Positions 50,520-58,254 of a stretch of 64,000 bases of DNA are shown here, piece after piece. The notes under the pieces were generated by a model. The model was not told the DNA's origin. It ran no database searches and worked only from the letters and a program-made list of their open reading frames with translations. The stretch comes from Bacteriovoracaceae bacterium (lineage in GTDB: Bacteria; Bdellovibrionota; Bacteriovoracia; Bacteriovoracales; Bacteriovoracaceae). The first letter of the stretch is position 1. The number at the start of each line of letters is the position of its first letter. The stretch is from assembly GCA_048270185.1 (NCBI GenBank), contig JBLWTJ010000001.1:224001-288000 (forward strand), in the 5' to 3' direction. The translations under genes were made by a program, and so were the position numbers.

Positions 50520-51641
50520 ATGAAAACCTTATTGATCTTTTTATTCTTATCCCTACTAACAGGTTGTAATGTTATGACAAATATATCTTCAGTTATTATG
50601 CCAACGCTTGGAAAATACCCAAGTGAAGAAGATCAGCAAAATTTTATTGAATCGAAACAGTTTAATTCAGTCAAGATGCGTTTTGAAAACCGTCGACCTG
50701 AAATTACAAATCAGATGCCAATTAAAAAGAAAGGCTTTGGAATAGGAAAAATGATTGAGTTCTTAGGCAAGGGTAATGGCCGCTATCCAAAGAAGCCTCT
50801 TCCAATAGTTAGGCCAGATTTAGCAAGTTTTATAGAGAAATCTGATATGATTAAGTCCATTTGGTTTGGTCATTCAACGATTATGCTAAATGTTGATGGA
50901 AAGATTGTTCTTATCGATCCTATCTTTTCAAGTTCATCATCACCTGTAACTTTTTTCGTAAAACGTTTTCAGTCTCCCGTTCTACAGTTGGATGAGTTAC
51001 CTGAGATTGATTATATTATCCTGTCCCACGACCACTATGATCATCTTGACATGGAAACAGTGAAATTCTTTGCGCAAAAGAAAAATGTTAAATTTGTTGC
51101 ACCACTTGGAGTCGGATCGCATTTGAAAAAATGGGGTGTACCACAAGAGCGTATTACAGAAAAAGATTGGTGGGAGAGTGCCCATTTTGAAGATATTACA
51201 TTTACTGCGACTCCTGCTCAACACTTCTCTGGACGCGACGGCGCACATGAGAATATGACTCTTTGGGCATCATGGGTTATAGAGTCAAAGAACCAAAAGG
51301 TCTACTTCAGTGGAGATACTGGTTACGATACTCACTTTAAAGAAATTGCTGATCGTCTCGGTCCATTTGATGTGGCCTTTATGGAGTCTGGTCAATACAA
51401 CCCAGACTGGTTTGCTGTTCACCTGTTACCTGATGAATGGCCAAAGGCCTATGCCGATATTAATGCCAAGTACTACTTTCCGATCCACTGGGGTGCGTTT
51501 TCACTGGCCTTTCATACTTGGGAAGATCCAATTGTAAGACTTCAAGAATTTGCAGAGCAAGGTAAGTTAAAACTTATGGCACCAAAGCTAGGGGAGATAA
51601 TTTCATTTGAAGAAGAATATGTAACAAAGAAATGGTGGTAA
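50520..51641 (+). CDS. MBL-fold metallo-hydrolase lipoprotein (RomA/NAPE-PLD-like)
   Basis: Lipobox LLTGC; WFGHS, SHDHYDHLD, QHFSGR, SGDTGY, PIHWG. Confidence 0.9.
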   Translation: MKTLLIFLFLSLLTGCNVMTNISSVIMPTLGKYPSEEDQQNFIESKQFNSVKMRFENRRPEITNQMPIKKKGFGIGKMIEFLGKGNGRYPKKPLPIVRPDLASFIEKSDMIKSIWFGHSTIMLNVDGKIVLIDPIFSSSSSPVTFFVKRFQSPVLQLDELPEIDYIILSHDHYDHLDMETVKFFAQKKNVKFVAPLGVGSHLKKWGVPQERITEKDWWESAHFEDITFTATPAQHFSGRDGAHENMTLWASWVIESKNQKVYFSGDTGYDTHFKEIADRLGPFDVAFMESGQYNPDWFAVHLLPDEWPKAYADINAKYYFPIHWGAFSLAFHTWEDPIVRLQEFAEQGKLKLMAPKLGEIISFEEEYVTKKWW

Positions 51642-51643
51642 AT

Positions 51644-51673
51644 AAAAAAGGACCTTTAAAAGGTCCTTTTTTT
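51644..51673. terminator. Bidirectional intrinsic terminator
   Basis: AAAAAAGGACCTTT-AA-AAGGTCCTTTTTTT. Confidence 0.88.
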
Positions 51674-51732
51674 ATTCATTGCATCCCGCCCTCGGCTCCG
51701 GCCGCTGCCTCTCGCCTAAAGTATCCAGGAAG

Positions 51733-54099
51733 TTATTTGACTTTAAATCCAGCAAGGGCCGCAAAAGCGTTGTTCTTTAAAGGTGCATCGTTTTGCTTTG
51801 GCATTTTTGGTTGACCGCCACGTGGTTTACTCTGGCGAGGGCCTCCTGTTGGACGCTCATAAGTTTTTGCTTCTTCTGCACCATCTGATTTAAGTGAAAG
51901 TGCAATACGCTTGCGGTCCATATCAACATCAAGAACTACTGCTGATACTTCTTGACCAACCTTTAAAACATCTAGCGCATTATCGACAAAGTGATCGGCC
52001 ATCTGACTGACGTGGACTAGACCATTTTCTTTGATACCAATATCAACAAAGGCTCCAAATTGAGTGATATTTTTTACAATACCTGGATAGCGCTCACCAA
52101 TCTTTACATCTTTTATTTCGCGAACATCTTTTCTAAACTCAGTTGTCTTAAATTCTGTACGTGGATCCTGAGATGGAGCAGTTAGTGATTTATAAATATC
52201 GTTAAGTGTGAACTCACCTAATTTTTCAATAAGTTCTTTGTCTGATTTAAGTTGATTTGCAACAGCATTATCTGTTGTTAGCTGCTCAAGAGTGTAACCC
52301 TTTGATTGTGCCCAGTTCTCTAGCATTTCGTAACTTTCTGGGTGGATAAATGTTGCATCTAGTGGATTGGTCCCATTATAGACTCTTAAGAAGCCCGCTG
52401 CTTGTTGGAAGATTTTATCTGTGAAGCGTGAAACCTTCAAAATATCTGCACGTTGCTTAAAGAGTCCGTTCTTATCTCTGTGTTTAACAATATTTCCTGC
52501 TACTGTTGGCCCAATACCTGAAATGAATGAAAGAAGTGGCGCTGAGGCAGTGTTTAAGTCTACACCTACAAAGTTAACACAACTTTCGACCACTCCATCA
52601 AGAGACTTCTTAAGTCTTACTTGATTTACATCGTGCTGGTATTGACCAACACCTATTGACTTAGGATCAATCTTTACTAGTTCTGCAAGTGGGTCTTGGA
52701 AACGACGGCCAATAGAGATTGCTCCTCTTACTGTTGCGTCTTTATCTGGGAATTCTTTCTTCGCAATTGGTGATGCCGAATAGATTGAAGCACCATCTTC
52801 TGAAATCATTGTTGCTTTAACTTTTCCATCTCTTACTGCAGTAATATTGTCTTCAACAAATTGAAGTGTCTCACGTCCGAAAGTACCGTTACCAATAGCA
52901 ATATACTCGACATTGAATTGTTCAATCATGGCATTAAGAATCGTTGCCGACTCGCGAACTTGATTTCTTGGTGGGTGAGGATAGACAACAGTATCAACGA
53001 CAAATTTACCTGTGTTGTCGACAACCACTGTCTTACAACCCGTCACAACACCTGGGTCAAGAGCAAGGACTGTCTTAGGGCCTAGATAAGGCTGAAGTAA
53101 TAAGTTTTTAAGGTTAACTCCAAAGACATCAATAGCTGATTCATCTGAAAGCTTCTTTAATTCTCCTTTGATCTCAAGATCAAGAGAAGAGTGAATATAA
53201 TTCTTATAAGCCTTTGAGGCACAGTCAACAAGGGCCTTGTAGCTTGTCACAGAAGTGTCTGAGAAGTGCTTAGAAAGAATCATATTATTTGCATAATCTT
53301 CATCAAAGACAATTTCAACTTTTAAGATTTTTTCTGTCTGAGCACGTCGGATTGCTAAGAATCTGTGAGCTGCTTTTGGGTCTCTGAGATCAGATACTTT
53401 TTGTTCATATTCAAAGTAGTCTTTGTATTTTTGCCAGTCTTTGATTTCTTCGTATCCTTTTCGCGGTGAAGATTTAATTTGAGCTTGTGCCCAGTAATCT
53501 TTACGAAGATTTTCTTTCAGTTCTGTATCATGAGCGATCTCTTCAATAATAATATCGCAGGCACCTTTTAAGACATCTTCAAACGTTGCTATCTTCTTGT
53601 CTTTGTTTATGAATTTAAGGGCCTCTTTTGCAAGCTCTGGCATTGGAAGCTTTGATTCCTTCATAAGGATTGCAAATGGTTCAAGCCCTGCTTCTTTTGC
53701 AATTTGGGCCTTCGTCTTTCTCTTTGACTTAAATGGCGCATAGATATCTTCTAGTTGGTTGATATTAGTTGCGGCCTTGATTTTCTTTTCAATTTCAGGA
53801 GTCATCATCTCTTGTTTCGTGATGGCCTCTAAAATAAAAGCACGACGTTTTTCACGCTCAATATATTCATCATATTTTTCTTGAATTAAACGAATTTGCT
53901 CTTCGTCCAATCCACCAGTTTTATCTTTACGGTAACGAGTGATGAAAGGAACAGTACAGTCTTCAACGAGAAGCATGGCAAGTACTGCCATAATTTGTTT
54001 TGCTGTGATGTCTGTGTTGTCTACACAGAATAGGACTGCGTTTTGATCAATGATATCCATTGGGTTCTTTGTGGCTTTTTCAGTCGTCTCTGATGACAT
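51733..54099 (-). CDS. tex: Tex family RNA-binding transcriptional accessory protein
   Basis: TVPFITRYRK, LDPG..TGCK, GASIYSAS, SIGVGQYQHD, C-terminal S1 domain. Confidence 0.96.
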   Translation of the reverse strand: MSSETTEKATKNPMDIIDQNAVLFCVDNTDITAKQIMAVLAMLLVEDCTVPFITRYRKDKTGGLDEEQIRLIQEKYDEYIEREKRRAFILEAITKQEMMTPEIEKKIKAATNINQLEDIYAPFKSKRKTKAQIAKEAGLEPFAILMKESKLPMPELAKEALKFINKDKKIATFEDVLKGACDIIIEEIAHDTELKENLRKDYWAQAQIKSSPRKGYEEIKDWQKYKDYFEYEQKVSDLRDPKAAHRFLAIRRAQTEKILKVEIVFDEDYANNMILSKHFSDTSVTSYKALVDCASKAYKNYIHSSLDLEIKGELKKLSDESAIDVFGVNLKNLLLQPYLGPKTVLALDPGVVTGCKTVVVDNTGKFVVDTVVYPHPPRNQVRESATILNAMIEQFNVEYIAIGNGTFGRETLQFVEDNITAVRDGKVKATMISEDGASIYSASPIAKKEFPDKDATVRGAISIGRRFQDPLAELVKIDPKSIGVGQYQHDVNQVRLKKSLDGVVESCVNFVGVDLNTASAPLLSFISGIGPTVAGNIVKHRDKNGLFKQRADILKVSRFTDKIFQQAAGFLRVYNGTNPLDATFIHPESYEMLENWAQSKGYTLEQLTTDNAVANQLKSDKELIEKLGEFTLNDIYKSLTAPSQDPRTEFKTTEFRKDVREIKDVKIGERYPGIVKNITQFGAFVDIGIKENGLVHVSQMADHFVDNALDVLKVGQEVSAVVLDVDMDRKRIALSLKSDGAEEAKTYERPTGGPRQSKPRGGQPKMPKQNDAPLKNNAFAALAGFKVK

Positions 54100-54219
54100 T
54101 ATAATTACTCCATTAACTAAATTTGAATTAAAATTGTAATGCGATTAAAATTGGTCTGACAATTAAAAGTTGAGTAAATCCGGCTGGTTAACTTAAAAAT
54201 ATTGATGTAAGAAGTTATT

Positions 54220-55188
54220 ATGAAAAGAAATTACGACTATATGATCGTTGGAGATGGAATAGCTGCTCGCAGCATTTGTTATTTTCTAACAAAGAAATAC
54301 CCAAAGGCCGCAATAGGTCAGATTGCAGATGATATTTCATATCCATCTTGCTCTCTTAAGACAACAAGTGTTGTTTCTCTGGGCCTCTTCGAGGAAGGCA
54401 TCTCAAAGCTTGGAGATATTCTCTTTAACGCTCATATCTTCTTTAATGACTTTGTTAAAAAAAATAATCCAAACGGTATCTATCCAGCTAAGCAGTACTA
54501 TCTGCCTCCTAATATCAAAGAAGATCCGCTAAAATTTAAGCAATTTGAGGCCAGGTATGGCAGTCATTTTGTTGATTTTAAAGGCAATCAATGTGTGGCC
54601 AAAGATGCTTTTCTTATCAACCCTTCTGATTTCATGGATTGGCTTAAATCCCATTACAGTAATGAGATTGAGTTTATGAATGGGAGAGTTTCAAATGTAT
54701 CTTGTGGGCTTTTACAAACAAGCTTAGGAGAGTTAAGAGCTAATAAGATCATCTTAGCAACCTCGGCCTACACTAGTTTATTTTTTAAAGATAAATCACT
54801 TCCAGAAGGCAAACCAGTTAAAGGTACATATTATTTTTGGGATAATATTGATTTTGATGAAGATTTCGTTCTAAGTCATGGCCACTATAATCTCATTTAC
54901 CGAAGAAATGATAAAAGACTTCTCTTTGGTGCTAACTCAATTGAGGGACTTAATCACTTGCATACAACAAATGAAGTGGAAGAGGAGTTTGAATTCTTTA
55001 AAACTTTAATTCCACAGCTTAAAAGTTTTGGTGTACCAAGTGTTGAGACTGGTATACGCCACAAAGGTAAGAGACGAACGCCATTTATGGGTGAGGTAAG
55101 TGAAGGCATTTATGCTCTAAACGCACTTTATAAGAACGGATGGAGCGCTGGGATTAGCTTAGCAAAAGATCTAGTGGAGTTGTTGTAA
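54220..55188 (+). CDS. FAD-dependent oxidoreductase (DAO family)
   Basis: IVGDGIAA, PVKG, TGIR, C-terminal ALYKNG. Confidence 0.8.
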   Translation: MKRNYDYMIVGDGIAARSICYFLTKKYPKAAIGQIADDISYPSCSLKTTSVVSLGLFEEGISKLGDILFNAHIFFNDFVKKNNPNGIYPAKQYYLPPNIKEDPLKFKQFEARYGSHFVDFKGNQCVAKDAFLINPSDFMDWLKSHYSNEIEFMNGRVSNVSCGLLQTSLGELRANKIILATSAYTSLFFKDKSLPEGKPVKGTYYFWDNIDFDEDFVLSHGHYNLIYRRNDKRLLFGANSIEGLNHLHTTNEVEEEFEFFKTLIPQLKSFGVPSVETGIRHKGKRRTPFMGEVSEGIYALNALYKNGWSAGISLAKDLVELL

Positions 55189-55923
55189 TTCTGGCTTTGC
55201 AGCTTTAATTTCTTCAAGAACAAAATCCCATAGCTTTGATCTTAGGGCAAGTGACTCAAGGGCCACATCGAGGGCCTCTTTGCTCTTTTGGTCATCGCTA
55301 CATAGTTGTTCCAGAAGCTTTCCTGCGAGATCTCCGTGTTCATCACCATCTAATTCGATATGTCTTTTAAGGTAATGCTTAAAGTATGGAGCATCGATTT
55401 GTTTTTCATCTAAGACTTTTACAAATGGTGTGAATAAATCAGGAATTAGATTTTCTCTTCCATAGAAGAAGGCTGAGGCCACTTGCCAAGGGCCAGTATT
55501 AGTGACTAGATTTAGATTAAAGGCCGTAAATGTTGAAACCTCATGTGGAAGGTTTTCAAATGAAAGATCCTTTAGAAAATTCTCCATAGGGCCAGTATCG
55601 GCACCTACTTCTTTCATTGCATTAAGATACATTGTGAAATGATCGATATGACCACCGTTGATATCTTCATCACTTTCTTCACCTAAGACAATCTCATTGA
55701 TAAATCGTACAGCGTTCTTGTCGTATTTTGAAGGCATCCAAGGAGTTGTCACACACGTTACTTCCCTTTGTAGTCCTTTTAGAAGAGACATGAAATCCCA
55801 AACGGCAAAGACATGCCATTTCATAAGAATTTTTACATCTTCAATATCGTTGATATTTGAATAAAGAGGGTGATTACATAGCTCATTATGAGCAGCTTGA
55901 ATTTGTGATGTTAGCGCCTTCAT
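55171..55923 (-). CDS. DUF3050 heme-oxygenase-like protein
   Basis: HPLY, HVFAVWDFMSLLK, NEIVLGEESD, YLKRHIELDGDEHG. Confidence 0.9.
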   Translation of the reverse strand: MKALTSQIQAAHNELCNHPLYSNINDIEDVKILMKWHVFAVWDFMSLLKGLQREVTCVTTPWMPSKYDKNAVRFINEIVLGEESDEDINGGHIDHFTMYLNAMKEVGADTGPMENFLKDLSFENLPHEVSTFTAFNLNLVTNTGPWQVASAFFYGRENLIPDLFTPFVKVLDEKQIDAPYFKHYLKRHIELDGDEHGDLAGKLLEQLCSDDQKSKEALDVALESLALRSKLWDFVLEEIKAAKPELQQLH

Positions 55924-55975
55924 AGGCGCTAACTATAGCGCAAAATTCACTTCTTAAAAAGCTGATTTCACCGAA

Positions 55976-57598
55976 TTATTTATGGAATAAATGGTGGAAA
56001 TCAGGTTTATATAGCTTTCTGCGCCGCCCGTTTCGATTTCTTCGGCCACCGCTATTAAGCTTTTGGTTATAGCGTCTATCTTCAATATATTTTGTATATA
56101 TTTTCGCATCACTCTCGCGATAATCTTCTAGGAGAGTGAACATTTCATTGAATGATAGAATTTTTTCATTTTCCTTCTCAGCTGCTGCTATTTTATCATA
56201 GAGCTTTTCTCCAACTTGATCGAGTACCACAAAGAGATCGATTTGTTTTGAGCCAAGATTCAATGGAAACTTATGTTCGAGATCGATTCCTGAAATGACT
56301 TCGACTATCGATCGCGTGACACTTGTTCTTCTGGCAAGCCAAGCAAAGTCATTTCCTAATTTTGTTCCAAGGCTTGGGTCAAACTCATATTTTTCTTTTT
56401 CCATCCATTCAAAAATCTTTGAAAGAATAGCGTCTTTATATCGAGTGTCTTTCAGTTTTGTTGGATTTCTCCATTCGGCCACTAGATCAAAGCGTGAATC
56501 GAACTGAATTTCTCCTGGTCCAAATGTTTTAAAAGTTGAGATATTCTTCTTAGTAACTTTTAGGCCAAAGTCTTGTAAGAATGAAAGTAGGGCAGGATTA
56601 AAGCTCGTCTTATATTCTGGAATATTCATCTGTCTGCCATTAATCTTTTTAGATGCTTCGTTGTAGCCATGATAGATTACTTCTGAACAAAAGATTTCAC
56701 TGTCATCTTGATAGTCCATTGCAAAGTCATATGGAATATTCTTCTTTTTCTTTGTCGTATGATTTTTAAATCTCTCATACATTTCTTTACCTGCAGCATG
56801 TGCTAGTTTTTCGTCTTTTAAACGAAAGACAACTGTACGGGCATTTTTTTGGTCAAGGTGAACTTGAAAAGGAGCTGCCACATTTCCAATTTCAATATGG
56901 GCCTCTGATGTAAAAAGCTCTCCCGTTTTCTCATTTTTGTAAACAAGTGTAAGGTGTGAAAATTGATGATCATCATCGCCAATTCTTGCGATGGCCGCAC
57001 TTGAGTAAGCATTGCCTCTTGAGAGAATGATGTCGCCTGACTTTAAGTCCTTTACACCATTAAAGTCATATTTTGGATTAACCATAAAGTGGATAGGGGT
57101 TGGCCCGTCAAAGTTTAGGGTCGTAAAATCTTTAGGTCTTGAATCTAAGCTTTGTGATTCATAGTAAGATTCAATAAAGTAATCCTCAAGGTAGCGAAGA
57201 GATCTAAAAATATCCTTAACGCCTTTTAAGCATTGTGCTTCAACGACAGATAATTCTTTCTCTGAACTATTTAAGCCTTTTAGCTGTTCTTTTAGATCAA
57301 GTCTTATATTGAAAGAAGCATTAACAAAATCTTGCATTTGATATTTAGAAAATTCAGCAAAATCAATATCATCTGATTTTATGGCAAAGAGTTCACGGTA
57401 GTATTTTTGAGTCTTTGAAACACATTCTTGGGGGGATTTTACTCCTTTAGAAACTTGCTCGTGCATTTCATGCATGAGGGCCTCAAAACCCGATTCCCTA
57501 AGAGAGCTTGGCATACGATATCGTTGTTCACTTTGACAGCTGGCCAATTGAGTTAATAATAGGAGTCCAGAAGTCCACGTAAGTACTTGTTTTTTCAT
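55976..57598 (-). CDS. Lipoprotein with permuted papain-like (YiiX/YebB, NlpC/P60) amidase domain
   Basis: Lipobox LASC; GDIILSRG, FSH, YDF, IFCSEVI with His before Cys. Confidence 0.88.
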   Translation of the reverse strand: MKKQVLTWTSGLLLLTQLASCQSEQRYRMPSSLRESGFEALMHEMHEQVSKGVKSPQECVSKTQKYYRELFAIKSDDIDFAEFSKYQMQDFVNASFNIRLDLKEQLKGLNSSEKELSVVEAQCLKGVKDIFRSLRYLEDYFIESYYESQSLDSRPKDFTTLNFDGPTPIHFMVNPKYDFNGVKDLKSGDIILSRGNAYSSAAIARIGDDDHQFSHLTLVYKNEKTGELFTSEAHIEIGNVAAPFQVHLDQKNARTVVFRLKDEKLAHAAGKEMYERFKNHTTKKKKNIPYDFAMDYQDDSEIFCSEVIYHGYNEASKKINGRQMNIPEYKTSFNPALLSFLQDFGLKVTKKNISTFKTFGPGEIQFDSRFDLVAEWRNPTKLKDTRYKDAILSKIFEWMEKEKYEFDPSLGTKLGNDFAWLARRTSVTRSIVEVISGIDLEHKFPLNLGSKQIDLFVVLDQVGEKLYDKIAAAEKENEKILSFNEMFTLLEDYRESDAKIYTKYIEDRRYNQKLNSGGRRNRNGRRRKLYKPDFHHLFHK

Positions 57599-57647
57599 CT
57601 ATCCCTCTAAAATACTAAATAAATTTCGCGTTTCACTCAATAAAATT

Positions 57648-57674
57648 TTATCGGATTTTACCTTTTAAAACTTA
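57648..57674 (-). promoter_or_regulatory. Candidate sigma28 (FliA) promoter
   Basis: Minus strand TAAG-N15-TCCGATAA upstream of the YiiX-like gene. Confidence 0.7.
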
Positions 57675-57706
57675 AGTATTATTATCGGGTTTACGAGATA
57701 GAATTT

Positions 57707-58234
57707 ATGACAAATAAGAGTGAAGAAGTACATTTTAGAATTTTAAATGCAGTGACTAAACTTGAAGTGGCCAAGGGGCATCTTAATTGGAAGATTGCTG
57801 AGGTTGCAAAAGAAGCCGACGTTACAAGATCGCTAATTTATTATTACTTAGGTAAAGAAAAAGACGTGATTTTAAAAGAGGCCGTAAAGTTTATGATTGC
57901 ACGAGTCTTTAACCTTTCGCAAGAGAGATCAGTTGGAATCAGAGAGCGAATAAAAATAGTTCGTAATCAAATTATCCAAATGCCTTATCTCTTGGCCCTC
58001 TATATGATTAATAAGGGTGCTGGAAATGAGATTTCAGATATTATTGTTGAAGCGGAGCAAGAGCTCTTTACACTTCTTGCAAAGAAATATCCTACTCTTG
58101 ATCCAAGAGAGCACCTAAGAATCTATTTGATGCAATTAGGGGTTTGTTTATACCGTGATATCGATGATGAAAGTCTCGACTATCTTTTTACTAAATATGA
58201 TGAAGACAATGTAATGCATAAAAAAAGCCTCTAA
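57707..58234 (+). CDS. TetR/AcrR family transcriptional regulator
   Basis: IAEVAKEADVTRSLIYYY HTH. Confidence 0.88.
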   Translation: MTNKSEEVHFRILNAVTKLEVAKGHLNWKIAEVAKEADVTRSLIYYYLGKEKDVILKEAVKFMIARVFNLSQERSVGIRERIKIVRNQIIQMPYLLALYMINKGAGNEISDIIVEAEQELFTLLAKKYPTLDPREHLRIYLMQLGVCLYRDIDDESLDYLFTKYDEDNVMHKKSL

Positions 58235-58250
58235 TTAAAGAGGCTTTTTT
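58220..58250. terminator. Bidirectional intrinsic terminator
   Basis: AAAAAAAGCCTCT-AATTAA-AGAGGCTTTTT. Confidence 0.88.
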
Positions 58251-58254
58251 ATTA

